DNA of 64,000 nt from Octopus sinensis (Eukaryota). The DNA is taken from contig NC_042998.1 in the NCBI RefSeq assembly GCF_006345805.1, positions 13,392,001 to 13,456,000 on the forward strand, in the 5' to 3' direction. The position numbers were made by a program, and so were the translations under genes. Of the stretch, positions 24,701 to 38,392 are shown piece by piece. Each line of letters starts with the position of its first letter. The first letter of the stretch is position 1. The notes beneath the pieces were generated by a model. The model ran no database searches. It worked only from the letters and a program-made list of their open reading frames with translations, and was not told the origin of the DNA.

Positions 24701-26431
24701 TGGGTTCGTAGTAGTGAACTAGCCAACGAACACACACACACACATACGCAAAACAATTTCAGGCATTGTTCCCGTAGTATAAAGAATGATTACATAAACT
24801 GTAGGAATGAAATGACAACTGTTTCCATAGCAGTAATTTTATTTTCAATCTACCCATCAAGAAATGAGTTAAGTATGCAAATTATTCCAATCAGTTTGAT
24901 CACAAGGGGTATGGTCCATGATATTTAGAGGTGGTTTTAAACTTCTGACGAAAATTCAAACAAAAATATGGTATTACTGCATGTTTTATTTTTACCCTAT
25001 AAAGATTTTCAATAGACTTTTGCTCCGATTTGCTGAAATCCACTTTAATAGAAAGCATTCCCCTATTCCTTTTCTCAAATCCAAATATCGAGGTAATATA
25101 TTTAGCAGAAATGAATAATTCTACAACTAATTCGTTTACAGTGACGTCTTCACAAATTATCTCGTATCAGTTACATCATCGAAGTTAGTTCATTACATTT
25201 TTGAAACTGGATGAAACTTTATTGGAGACAGACTTACTGTACATAAGCTAAATATTTTCTGCTGACACCATAATATATTTTATCGTAAATATATCTGAGA
25301 AAGGCTTAGAACATTGTCACTACTGGAACGCAACATACATTGCTATCATTATGAAGAATCTGAAACCAACTATCTAGGATAAAATTCGCTTTATTTTTTT
25401 CTTCAATTTCTTCATAAATTTGTTGCAAATTTTTCATTTCCATGTGGAACTCTGCAACATGTGTGCTTCGGTTTTGAGGAGCCAGAGTCTTCCAAAATAA
25501 AGTACCAATAACGTTTCGGTCCACGACGTCAACTGCGCCGCAATTGGATATTCCATATTAGCATTGTGCTAAAACGGAATATCAGGTGTAGAACAAAATT
25601 AATAAAACAGTTTAAAATTAATTCAAATAGGCGAAAACAAAAAAGGATGAAATCAGTCGAGTGCTTTAAGCATTGTGCGTTTGGCAGGTGTAGCTAACGC
25701 AATTGTATTTGATTGAATTGAATAAAAATTCCGAGAACAATACCAGAAACAAAAAAATTTGCAATGATAGCTACACATGTAACTTCATGTATTGCATATT
25801 TCAAAAACAGAGCATGTATAAATAATTTAGCATTTTGACATGCGTCGTCTAGATTCTTCTGTTTCTGCATCATGGGATGACGATAGCATTGTAAAATTCA
25901 ATTTTGTATCGGTTTCAGCACGTGTGCAGACCCAAGTATTGATGTAACTATCTATCTGGGTTGATTCCCTTAAGGGCAAGTCCATTGAGGCTTTCCAAAA
26001 TGCCGCATTCTCATTCACTTTCATAAAGCCGTTTCCCATGGATAAACTTCATTTTGGAGATATTCAATTTGTCCACATTACTCAACCCGTTACCACTTAC
26101 TGTTAATCCAAGAAGAATTGATTGCTCATGGTCTGTTTCAAATTACCGATAGCGGAGAGGTTCACATTTCTGTAATTCTATGAATTTCGAGGGATAATTA
26201 CTTGAATATTAGTTTCATGTATTTAAGTCACTTTTCAATCGTCAGGTCTCATAAATTTTCAGTCCATTTTCGGCTTTGGCTTTCAGTTTATGAGTTTGAA
26301 GCAACTTACTACATAATATATACATAATATCAGTTCCAAGTAAAATAGTGTTGAATGTAAAAGAAGACATGACACAGAAAAGAAGTATCGGCTAAAACAG
26401 GATCTCAATTCACTTCACTTCACTTATTTCT

Positions 26432-26805
26432 TTCTTTTATTTGTTTCAGTCATTTGACTGCGACCATGCTGTAGCAGCGCATTTTGTCGAGTAAATCGAG
26501 CCCAGGACTTATTCTTTGTAAGCATAGTACTTATTCTATCCGTCTCTTTTGCCGATAACTTACATTAAATTACGGGGACGTAAACACACCAACACTGGTT
26601 GTCAAGCGACGGTGGGGTGGGTGGGGGACAAACGCAGACATGCATACATACACACATGCATTTTCGTCTACCGAATCTGCTCACAAGGATTTAATCGACC
26701 GGTGGATAGAGTAGAAGACGCTTGCCTAAGGTACCACGCAATGGTACTGAACTCGGAACCATGAGGTTGGTAAACAAGCTACTTACAAAACAGCCACGCT
26801 GCGCC
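26432..26805 (-). mobile_element. tRNA-derived SINE, family A (diverged)
   Basis: Head, body and tail are homologous to the other family A copies. Confidence 0.85.
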
Positions 26806-27766
26806 TATATTTGTGAGACAATATGATAAATGATTACGGAGATGTACTTTCAGAGCAAGTGACCAGATATGAAATCGCGTGCTGGAACGAAAACAAATGC
26901 AGCGTGGAATGTGTTTATAAGCCATTTAAGAAACACACAATTTTGTCAGTGAACAGATCGCGGTCTCAAAGTGACGAAAATATTTTGACAAATTAAATTT
27001 AGATGTTGAAGTGAATCTAATGGTTTGCGGGTGTTTCTTAACTGGTTTATAAACACCATCCACACTGCAATGATAATTGATGTTTCCATTTTTCTTAAAA
27101 CAACTCTGCATGCCATTATGACATTCATACACCATATCGAAATTTATTGGTGGACAACCATATTTTGTTAGGATTTTCCGCAGAAAAACCTCGCTTAATT
27201 CTGTAAAAAGGCTTATCCAGGTCTCTAAATACTCATAGATCTCGTTAACTACAAAGGTAACATCGCTAGTAGCCATCCACAACAAACGATATTATTTTCC
27301 ATGGTGGATACTGTTAGTGGTAAAATATTCCATTCTACTCCAGGAGCAAGGCTCGAAATTTTTGATGACGTGTGGGCAATCGATTAGAACAACCCTAGTA
27401 CGCAACTGGTGCTTAATTTGTCGATCCCTAAAGAATGAAAGGAAAAGTCAACATTGGCGGAATGGTGAAGAGATAGATATTGAAGCACTTCGGAAGAATT
27501 GTTGGCACGAATTTACCTACAACTGGCATAATTGCATCTGTGATTTTCATATATCAATTCCTACTGTACACGTTTGCGTAGGTGGGAATAATTATATCAC
27601 CATTAAGTTTTTTTCTTCTTTCGGTCCTAAAATATTCAGTAAATGCATATATATTACAGCGCGTACGCATTTGTGTTTGGGGTTGTTTTGTCTGAGTTGC
27701 AAGGAATGGAAATACTAAAGGTTTCGCGACAACTTCCTTGTTTCTCTCCCTGCCAGTTTCGTATTG

Positions 27767-27799
<33 letters not shown>

Positions 27800-27816
27800 A
27801 GTATATACATTGTATT

Positions 27817-28070
27817 ATTTTACTGGCTTCAATCGTCTGACTGCGGTCATGCTGGAGGACCACCTTGAAGGACTTTGGTCAAACAAATCGAAACCAGGAC
27901 TCATTTTTCAAAACCAGTAATAGTCCTATGGGTTTTATTTACCGATCCGCTAAGTCCCTGCTTTGGTCGGCTCTAGTTCATAGTAGAAGACGCTCGCCTA
28001 TGGTGCCGCGTAGTGAGACAGAACCCCAAACCGCGTGGTGGGGAAGCAAGCATCTTACCACGCAGCCAAG
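27817..28070 (-). mobile_element. tRNA-derived SINE, family A (old, internally deleted)
   Basis: Head and tail are recognisable; the central microsatellite segment is missing. Confidence 0.7.
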
Positions 28071-28133
28071 CATGCACACATATATATAATAGATTATATA
28101 TATATATATATATTTGCACATACATATATACAT

Positions 28134-28508
28134 ACTCTTACTCTTTACTCTTTTACTTGTTTCAGTCATTTGACTGCGGCCATGCTAGAGCACCGCCTTT
28201 AATCGAGCAACTCGACCCCGGTACTTATTCTATCGGTCTCTTTTGCCGAACCGCTAAGTAACGGGGACATAAACACACCAGCATCGGTTGTCAAGCAATG
28301 CTAGGGGGACAAACACAGACACACAAACACACACACATATATACATATACACGATAGGCTTCTTTTCAGTTTCCGACTTCCAAATCCACTCACAAGGCTT
28401 TGGTCGGCCCGATGCTATAGCAGAAGACACTTGCCCAAAGTGCCACGCAGTCGGACTGAACCCGGAACCATGTGGCTGGTAAACAAGCTACTTACCACAC
28501 AGCCACTC
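28134..28508 (-). mobile_element. tRNA-derived SINE, family A
   Basis: Close match to the 19981-20395 and 52485-52890 copies. Confidence 0.9.
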
Positions 28509-29325
28509 AGGAGTGACTCCCGCGCATACATATATAAATACGCACGCGCACAATGAGAAGCAATCACGCGCACGCAAACACACTTACATAGATATACATG
28601 TAAAAACAGGAAAAAATGGAGTAAATACTCATCTACAAGCAGAATATACCAACGATGTGATGGCTTATTGGAAATATATGATCTATTGCCGTTCATCTTT
28701 GATGACGTCGTAGGATTAAATACGGAAAGGAAAAAAAAATATGCATAATGATTACTGTATTTTGCCAGATCCCTAATCGATTCTATTGGCACCATTTTCT
28801 GTTGTTTCCAAACAAAATATAATGAAGGCAACGACTTCACAGGTTTATTTCCGATACATGCTCTTTGTTAAATATTCTCAAGTTCTCAAGGGAAGACGCT
28901 TATCGTTATGAAGTTAGCGAGCCGTATTGTGCAGTATTATATCGAAGCACAAAAGAACGTTACTTGATATTCAATATCACACGCCCGAATATCATTCATT
29001 GATGATATTTTGCTACAGTATCTGAAAAACAAAAGAAATCGATAGAATTTTATATTTTCCGAAAAATAACGTCGATCCCCAAAATGCATGAATGAATGAA
29101 AGAATGAATAAATAAAACTAGATAACAAATAATGTAATTGAAATCTATCCTCTCCATGGCAGTAATACATTCCTGATTTTGCAGAGTGTTCTTCATACAT
29201 CACAACTCTTGTAACGTTCCTTGTAACATTCCATCGTGGCCGATACTCTTTCGCTTTGTAGTGTGAAGTATATCTCTAGACAGAACCCCAAAAAAAGAGT
29301 ATATAAAATGTTATATCCGAATATA

Positions 29326-29335
29326 CTACCACTAT

Positions 29336-29374
<39 letters not shown>

Positions 29375-29434
29375 AACTACTACTACTACTACTACTATTA
29401 CTACTACTACTACTACTACTACTACCACTACCAC
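29326..29434. repeat. (CTA)n microsatellite
   Basis: Directly visible; explains the poly-L/poly-S ORFs. Confidence 0.95.
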
Positions 29435-29451
29435 CAGTCATATCTGAAATG

Positions 29452-29672
29452 CAGTAACGCATCGTCTATCGCGGGCGTTACATTCCAAAAACACGCGATA
29501 GGTGAAAATCCGTGAAGTAGAAACAGTACTGTACTGTATATTTAACTTTAATTAATTTTATAATTTGTATATATTGATTTTATTATAAAGCTAAACAATG
29601 CCACGGAGGAATCGACATAAGCTTAAATAATAAACCGCGATAAGTGAATCGCGATATTGCGAGGGATTACTG
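29452..29672. mobile_element. pogo/Tigger-type MITE
   Basis: The right end CGAGGGATTACTG|TA is a Tigger-like TIR with TA. The left end CAGTAACGCATCGTCTATCGCGG is a degenerate counterpart, with internal CGCGATA subterminal repeats. Confidence 0.7.
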
Positions 29673-29984
29673 TATATGTTTCACATACACATAAAACAAA
29701 TCCACTTGTTTATCGATAAATGTTCAATCAATGATATAGTGATGAAACCAAGAAAAAAATGTACATTTCTTTATAACGAATAGTTGCCGTTAGGGTTTAT
29801 AATTCAAGACAATTCAAATTTACTATAGAGACACAGGCATTTCCTGGCTGGGAGGACATACAAACAATAGTGTAAATTATGCTGTACCAAAATAGTTTCC
29901 TAAATTCTATTAGCAAAAGAAAAGGACGGCTCTGAATTTCAGTTTATAAATCGAGTTATAGCGCTCAAGTAACATACTTCTTTG

Positions 29985-30600
29985 CATACGTTGTGCATGA
30001 TGCATGATGCATCGCATCATGCGATGCTGTGGTCATCACGATATCTTGCCACCGTCTCCTATCCTGTACCCGACGGACAGCTGAAAATAAAGACAATATT
30101 GTGGCTGCGATGTCTTTCAGCCAAGAAGTGGGTGGTCTGCCTCTTTTACCTTTGCCGTTCACCTTACCAGTTATGATCGTTCGCTCAAATCCATCGCGGC
30201 GCATCACGTGGCCAAAGAACCGTAGCTTCCGCTTCATGATGTTTCGCCGAAGCGTCATCTCGCAACCGAGATTTTCTAGTAGCCAGTTGTTCGTCCTTCA
30301 CTCCATCTATGACACTCTAAGGATTCTGCGGTAACCCCACATTTCAAAAAGCATTCACTCTTTTCTCGTCTGCCTTCAACATAGTCCACGACTCGCAGCC
30401 GTACACCGCAATAGAGAAAGTGGCAGCCCGAAGTAGCCTGATCTTCAGCAGCATCGATACGCCACGACTCTTCCAGATGTCCTCCACATCTTGTACAGCT
30501 TGCCTCGATATCACCAGCCTTCTCTGGTGTACTTGTTCCACTGGCACATTTATCTATATTAGTTATTGTCATAATGAGATGCCTAGGTGATCAATGTTAA
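29985..30600 (-). mobile_element. RTE-clade (BovB-like) LINE, 3' fragment
   Basis: Minus strand: IWKSRGVS..LKIRLL.A..FSIAVYGCESWTM.KADEKRVNAFEMW.YRRILRVS ... KRKLRFFGHVMRRDGFERTIITGKVNGKGKRGRPPTSWL...DRRRW. Ends in GCATCAT-type short repeats. Confidence 0.88.
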
Positions 30601-31465
30601 AGAAAGAACAACATCTAGTCAAGATAGTCTTGACTTTGAACATAGACGTCATTTATTTTCTGTAGATAAGGTGCTCATCGAAAAGAATTTGCATTGCAAG
30701 CACTAGAGAAGGTTTTCCATTTGGTCTTTATTGAGTCACCGTTCAATGAGAATAATTTTGCAAACTTGAAATAATATATATTTATCAAACCCTACTAACC
30801 ATCACGATCTGATATTTTTTAATTATTGATTTCCATCTCTGTTCAAGTGAATTCTAATACAGGTGTAGTATAGAAGAGAAATAATTGTATCACTGTCACT
30901 GTGAATTTATAGGCTTAGGATATGTGTTTCATTTACATCTGCATCTTAAACATAGGAGAGTGTGAAATGCTATAAAATGAATTTAGGTCATATTGAAAAT
31001 GTGATTAATCTTTCAGAAAAGGAAACGTGAAACTGATATTTAAGTTTACGTCTGGCGCAACATGATATGCTTCGATGTATATTACTCCTTAGAGACGCCC
31101 CAGCATATGCACATATAGATAATTTATTTACAGGTATATTCTAATATTACTTGATTACAGTTTTCCGCAATATATGATAGTTTCCTGGAAAACAAACTTC
31201 ATGAGAAAAAAATGAACATGGAACTATTTTCAATGGTCGATTCAACTGATCACCGGTTCAATACGAATATATATATACAAATTATAACTATGCAGGTATT
31301 TATGTGTACTACCTGTCTGACCATACATCTTTGATTACAAACTGAATTTCACTCTTTCCACATTTACACACAAGAGTGCGCGTGCACACACTTTCTGTCG
31401 ATGTATGAATATATGAATATACAAATATATAGGTGATATGATTGATTATACACACATGTCCACAC

Positions 31466-31526
<61 letters not shown>

Positions 31527-31659
31527 AATGTATATATAATATATATATATATATATAATATATATATATATGAATTAGTTTATCATTATTTTTAGAAAGA
31601 AGAGTTGAAACATTTTATTTGAGTTCTCACTCTCCTTCTCCCCTCTCCGCCTCTCTCTT

Positions 31660-31698
<39 letters not shown>

Positions 31699-31736
31699 TA
31701 TATATTATGCATATATAATTCTCTCTCTCTCTTGTC

Positions 31737-31781
<45 letters not shown>

Positions 31782-32074
31782 TATAATATGTCTATGTGCA
31801 CATGCATACATGCATACGTGCACATATGCTAAAATATATGCGCGTTTGAGCGGTTTTCTTAGATGAGTGATTTAAGAAGCGTATACAATAAATAACACAA
31901 ATGATTTGCAATAATGTAATATTTATATTTACCTAAGTATTCTTTCTTTACTATTTCACAATTTTTGAACGATTAAATAATGAAATTTAGCTATTTTATT
32001 CACCCAGAAAGAAAGTAAAATTTTTAAAATAAACATGTATAAAATAACAATCGTTCTTCTAATTATTGAAATGT

Positions 32075-32077
32075 ATC

Positions 32078-32139
<62 letters not shown>

Positions 32140-32145
32140 TATATA

Positions 32146-32195
<50 letters not shown>

Positions 32196-32273
32196 TGTAT
32201 ATATATATGTATATATATATGTACATATATATATATATGTATATATATATATATGTATATATTATATATATTA

Positions 32274-32306
<33 letters not shown>

Positions 32307-32317
32307 ATATATATATA

Positions 32318-32349
<32 letters not shown>

Positions 32350-32350
32350 A
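32075..32350. repeat. Long interrupted (TA)n-(TG)n microsatellite
   Basis: Directly visible. Similar arrays occur at ~14400-14582, 19660-19790, 22940-23050, 31465-31572, 37850-38011, 39077-39260 and 62260-62345. Confidence 0.95.
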
Positions 32351-34249
32351 TATAAAAGTTTGTATGTATACATCATTATCTTCTTAGATACGATAAGAGA
32401 TGCATTATAACTTTCTTGAATAAGTAATAATATATTCTATCTATAACGGAATATCTTTTACGTATTCTACTTCCCATTAAGTATCTCATAAAGCATTTAT
32501 CTTTCAATGGCAATGATATCCTCAGCGGGGTTTCGTATATATTATCGCCGGATACATTTTCAATAAATTATGAATAAATCATATGATATTTTATGCTTAA
32601 CTTCCCACCCTCTCATTTAACTTTATTTGTACACAAGAGAAGACAACATTTTTTTTGTCACCACAGGATTCCATTTTCCACAAATATCAGAAACTATTAA
32701 TTTCACAATTGTCAGTGTGTCATCCAATATTTCAGTTAATATATTTTGCGATGTCTTTGTATTTATAAATATGATTGTGAATTTTCGGATAATAAAATTT
32801 TATACAATCAGTGGCAAAACACAGCGTACAAATAAAATAACAGATACAAGTATAAAAGAAATACATTCACCCATCTTTCATGCAAACAAACATATACACC
32901 TACAAAAAAAAATACACTGCTGAACACACAGAAACACATTTTGTTTATGTGACTATCTTAATATTTATATGTATACGTTCCTATGAAATATGTACAGAAT
33001 TTTGGGATTGAAATTTCCTACACGGTATATGAACTGTAACTGTGTTTTTACCTGCATTGCTTTTGTGAAGATTATTATGGGAACTTTCGTAGTTTAGGTT
33101 CTTGCACTGCGTGTAATAGTCTTACACTCAAATCAGACACCTTTTACATTGATCAGAGGCGTGTTGTTGTTTTTAAAATGTTTTTCATTATTCTTTACTC
33201 TAAAGTATATTGCATAGAAATTCGCATATGACACCTTATAATGAAAGTTTTTTCCACGTATTGTTACACGTGCGTTAACTATATAATTACGAATGCATAG
33301 AACAAGGGTGCTTATAATTATGTTTAAAAAATAACGTGATTGTCATTTGATGACGTGTAACAAATGCTTGGAATTTTAAACATTATAAGATTACGTTAAA
33401 GCATATCTCTTTTCTTTTATTGGTTTGCTAGGAAATTAAAAGAAGTTACCATGATCCTTACAGGTTGTCTGACAGATACAGGAAGTTACAAGAATAGTAT
33501 TCTCATTACAAGGATAGTACTCTCAATCCTATGTCTCAGGTGGATTTTCTGTAAATCATCATCAACATTTAATTTGGTTATAACGTGGGTATAAACGACT
33601 GGTGTAAAATGGTATTACACAAATATATAGTTAGTTATGATTATCTAAAAATATCGCAAAAATATATGTTAACATAGAATGCACTCTGTACTACTCGAAC
33701 TTAGGTACGATACTCAGTATTCACTGTCCGACTACCGACTGTCAAGCCAACACACGACGAATTAACACGGCAAACGAACGCAGTCGAACTAACACCGTCA
33801 ACTACCCGATGCTTTATTAGGAACAAAGGTCTGAAATACAGAATGGACGACACAAGGACAGACAAAGCAATACAAATGGGGACAAAAACATGAAATGGAT
33901 GAAAGGTGAATTTATATTTAAAAAATGAAGTTGAAATGGCCACTCGAGTAGTTAAATCTGGGTTTTTTTCAGAATTTTATCAAAATTTCATTATTTAAAA
34001 TTTTACTTACTGTATTTACTAGTTCTTGTACTGTATTATGTCTTTGCTAGATAGATGTGTTTTTCCGACTGCGAAGGAATTTTGGTTTGTTAAGTCGTAA
34101 TATTGGACTCTTCCGCGTTATTTATTGTTGTTGTTGCAACCAATTTTAGCGGCGTAGTAGCAGGGTTATAGCGTTTTCTCTTTCCCGAAAGTGGAAACCT
34201 ATAATGATGGTGGAGTTAATTTAAAATTTATCTCATAATTGTTTCTTCG

Positions 34250-35005
34250 TCGGACGAAGAAGAAATGATTACTGAGGCAATGGAAAGAATAATAAGCGAA
34301 CCCGAATACCGAACTAAAAGTTGTTAAAAAAAGTACTAATTTTGCTGTAGCCGCCAGCGTGAATAAAAGAGACGTTTCTACGGGAAAGAAGAACTGGACA
34401 AATTCAGGGGGAATACTTTCGACGTTAGAATAAACCCACCCAGCGAAGTGACGTTTACATCCCAGAAGAGGACCGTGTTCTACAGAGCATATACTGTAGA
34501 GAAAAAAAAATGAGATTTCTTCAAAAGAAGTCAGAAAATTGCCTTCAGCCCATCTGGAAGAATATAATTTACATCACTCAAAGCAAAAACTTAGCCACTG
34601 TGGAGGTGAGATTTCCATCAGAAGAGTTAGCCAGGCAACACTCAGCCTCTCCGCTCAAATTGGTTGCACTAGTACTCCTACCGACATACCTTGGGAGTTG
34701 TACCTCCAAGGTAAATGTAGGAGACATTCCACTGAAGATTGATATTGCTTTCTCATGGCCGCTATTGCACTGGGCTTGGGGGACAAAATAACCATCCTTT
34801 AGGCCACACAATAACTGCAACAAAATTGGCAGTGTCAACGACTCGAAATGCTGATTCAAGAGGCCGTTGCAGATTTAGAAAAGTTACCAGAGTCCATTTT
34901 AATCGGGAAAGACACCAGCCTAGGGGTCATGGTTGGGGTTCGAAGGCCGAGATGACCAAGTGTGACCAAAAAAGCCACATAAGGTCGGAATGTGCTCCAG
35001 TCTAA
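34250..35005 (+). pseudogene. Degenerate ORF1-like (gag-like) remnant of an L1/Tx1-type retrotransposon, copy 1
   Basis: QKRTVFYRAY..IWKNIIYITQSKNLATVEVRFPSEELARQHSASPL...VLLPTYLGSCTSKVNVGDIP, ending in a zinc-knuckle-like KCDQKSHIRSEC. Homologous to the opposite-strand copy. Confidence 0.6.
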
Positions 35006-35930
35006 GTGTTTTACTTTTACTTTTTAGTAGATTTCGAGGGTGTCTCTGCTGTCACATCTCTTTTTGGAGCCTTAATGAATCACTCTTTGTCTGTGACATT
35101 CGTACTTTCCTCCCTGTTTGGGGTTGTTGAACCATGATTTGGGTTGCTGTTTCGGTACTTCTCTCTGGTTCATGTTGGTTGTCACATGTTTCATTATTTA
35201 GCACGGGGCAAGTTGCTTTCATGTGCCCCTTCACACCGCAGTGGTATCAGGTGAGTGGACGGCCCTCCACTACCACTCTTGATTACTTAACTTCTGGTAG
35301 CGGTACTTCTTCCATTATCACATTTAATTCTTGTTGGCTGGCTTTGATCAACGCATCCAATCCCTAACCCCGTCAATTCAACTTCTTAGTTCCTGTGACT
35401 TGCAATATTTTCATTTCTTCCGTTTCATAAGTTATGGTTGCTACTAGCCATGCTTCCTCTATTCCTGGCGGTACCCTGCCAACCCTGATTTTTGTGATTC
35501 TTTTGCCGCAGTAGGATGACAGGAGCACTCATTCCTGTGATCTCAGAGGTACAGTGGTGTGACTGAATGCCTCTTCTTCCGCTGTAAACCTTACTTCCAC
35601 TGTGCCGTACTTTCTTTCACTGGTCTAGTAGGTGGTTATATCTTCTAGGTATTTTTCAATACCCTCCTTCGCTCTCCCAGTGGTCTTGCTGGATAAGGAC
35701 ATCGTTCTGTAGTACACTGTCCTCTCCTGGTACTATTGGTCACTTCCTCTGAAAGGGTCAGTCGTAGGCTTTCCCCCTCCTTCTGGAGAAGCTCCCTGTG
35801 CTACCTCTCGCACTTCCAATGTAGTTGTAGCTTTTGTCGCACGACTACCCGAGGCCGAAGCAAAACCACCGACGTGTTCTGGCGAACATCCCAGTTCAAA
35901 ACTCTTTACCTCCAACTGGAGATATGAACG
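35006..35930 (-). pseudogene. Degenerate ORF1-like remnant, copy 2 (divergent family)
   Basis: Minus strand: ERTVYYRTM..YLEDITTY..RKYGTVEVRFTAEEEAFSHTTVPL...VLLSSYCGKRITKIRVGRVPPGIEEAWLVA...VVVEGRP..YHCGVKGHMKATC (CCHC knuckle). Contains several stops. Confidence 0.65.
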
Positions 35931-36717
35931 TTAATTAAAAATCAAGCCCATAGGCGATACCGCAACAACAGTTCAACTCTCAGCTTTACACTACTCGACA
36001 AACACCGTCACGCAGAGAGTTCTCTCAATTCTGATTTCTTGTAATAGGTTAATCTATCTCCAGTCACGTGGGAGTGTTCAGGATTCGCCCATAACATCTT
36101 CAGAGAGATGTGTGTGTGTGTGTGTATGTGCACGTGCGAATGCATGTATGCAATGGAAGTTGGTGATGATGTCCCAAATGGCGCACTGAAAAATTTCTAG
36201 ATTCGAGATATATTTTTGAGAAGATTAATCTTAATCTTAGAGGTTATATTCTGCAGAACCTAAAAAATGATATAAATGGGGTGAATTGTAATGAAATTTA
36301 AGTTGTCCTGCTTGCAGGAAACACCACTTAACAATTCCTATGTTTTATTTGGATTTATGAGACCTCAGCAGCGACGAATGATTTTTTTAAATATGCTCTG
36401 TAACGAATCATATAATTTATTATAATATAAATTGTTGTCTGCTTTTTCTCGTAATATATTTGTCCCACATTAATTGAGGTAAAGCAGAAGAAGCAATGCA
36501 TAAATAGTATTTAAGTCGATAATATATAATGAATCAATTTATTTTCTAAGGAGTTGTGTTGGTATTTGAATTCAGTTGAGCAGTTAAGTGTAAATCTCAT
36601 GCAATCAGCACAATTATTCTACGCTTCTTTATTTTTGTTATTGATAGCAGACAATCAAATTTCTAGATTCGCGCTTCTTAAAGATCGGTGTTTTGGTTAA
36701 AATGGTATTATATTCTA

Positions 36718-37051
36718 AAAGGCGGCAAGCTGGAAGAAACGTTAGCACGCCGGGTAAAATGCTTAGCGGTAATTCGTCTGCCGCTACGTTCTGAGTTCAA
36801 ATTCCGCCGAGGTCGACTTTGCCTTTCATCCTTTTGGGGTCGATTAAATATGTAACAGTTACACACTGGGGTCGATATAATCAACTTAATCCGTTGGTCT
36901 GTCCTTGTTGGTCCTCTCTGTGTGTAGCCCCTTGTGGGTAGTAAAGAAATAGGTATTTCGTCTGCCACTACGTCCTGAATTCAAATTCCGCCGAGGTCAA
37001 CTTTGCCTCTCATCCATTCGGGGTGGATTAAATAGTAAGGAAATAGGTATT
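36718..37051 (+). mobile_element. tRNA-derived SINE, family D, with partial tandem duplication
   Basis: Head GGCGGCAAGCTGG..GAAACGTTAGCAC and B-box GAGTTCAAATTCC. The segment TTCGTCTGCC..CAAATTCCGCCGAGGTC..CATCC..GGGGT.GATTAAATA occurs twice. Confidence 0.85.
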
Positions 37052-37242
37052 ATATACCGAAATACTCAAGTAATGTGAAAATAGCGATAATCGCTTTATT
37101 TACTCATCACATCATATTCCCTTCCGTTAATCAGTGGACTCAGTGGCTCAAAGGTCATATGTATTATAACCAACAAATGATGCATCCATATACTACTTTA
37201 TATGAAACATATCTGAGTAAAATTATCATAAATATGAAAATA

Positions 37243-37465
37243 TTGGGCTGTCCGGAAAGTTGGTGCCGATTTATAGTAGCTTACCTTTCGACTTACCTTC
37301 CCAGACACCTCAATTTTGGGAAGAGGGTATTTTCAAGTTAAAGGAAGGATGGAGACGCATTGTGCCAGAAAATGGTTTATATTTGGTTGATTTAAAATGT
37401 AATGACAAGTATTTATTGACCTTTTTTTCATTTAATAATCGGCACGAACTATCCAGACAACCCAA
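37243..37465 (+). mobile_element. Internally deleted mariner element (MITE)
   Basis: TA|TTGGGCTGTCCGGAAAGTTGGTGCCGATTTA ... TAATCGGCACGAACTATCCAGACAACCCAA|TA gives TIRs with a TA TSD. The interior encodes a mariner C-terminus, FWEEGIFKLKEGWRRIVPENGLYLVD. Confidence 0.88.
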
Positions 37466-37879
37466 TACAAAACAATAGGTAATGATATATGAAATTCTAC
37501 CAAATGAGATAAAAAGAAATCGACGGGAATGAAATTGAGGGCTACATACATACCCCACGAAGTAACTCTATGAGAGATGATATTCCAATGGTTTAGGCCA
37601 GCAGATATATAACTAGCAGGTGGTAAGCTATATTGAAAACTTTACCAAAGTTTCTTCAAAGAAATCAAGCTATTTCATAGAACAACAACATATTCCACGC
37701 AAAGTTTCAAAATGTATTCTCATAGTCTTAGAAACACAAATACATATAATTTGACAAGCATACATATTTAATATAAATATTAGTTCATATATATACGTGG
37801 GCGTGTCTGTGGGTGTACTTCAGTGCGTTTATATATATGCTTATATGTATGTATATATATATATATATATATAATATAT

Positions 37880-38003
<124 letters not shown>

Positions 38004-38392
38004 ATATATATGAGATTGTACATAGAGAGATATTTTCTGTGGTGTATATTCAATAATATTTATAAATCGCAATTTAGGATTGACCACGTACACAAGCTTC
38101 AAAAAGTTAACAGAAATATATTGTGTTGCTCTAACTCTGAGAACAGAATAAATGAATAAACACGAATGTCTTGAATTTCTCTTTGAAGATGGCTACGTTC
38201 TATAATTTCACAGACTTCGCATTTTGTAAATTACATTTTGGATAATATTGTTGTGATAAGAAACGTAAAAGAAAATAATTGTTCTGAAGTGAACGAAACG
38301 AAGAAGAAACAATCCATAAATAAGTTTACACATTATCGAGATCTAAGTAATTAGTACGTCTCTAAATATCATATTTCTTATATATTATATAT

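Noticed and set aside
25306-26170. Exon-like segments with AG/GTAAGT signals on the minus strand
   Set aside because: The plausible frames contain stops and no homology is recognised.
26926-27285. 119-aa minus-strand ORF
   Set aside because: No recognisable domain, a non-ATG start, and overlap with an inverted repeat. About one ORF of this length is expected by chance in six frames of 64 kb.
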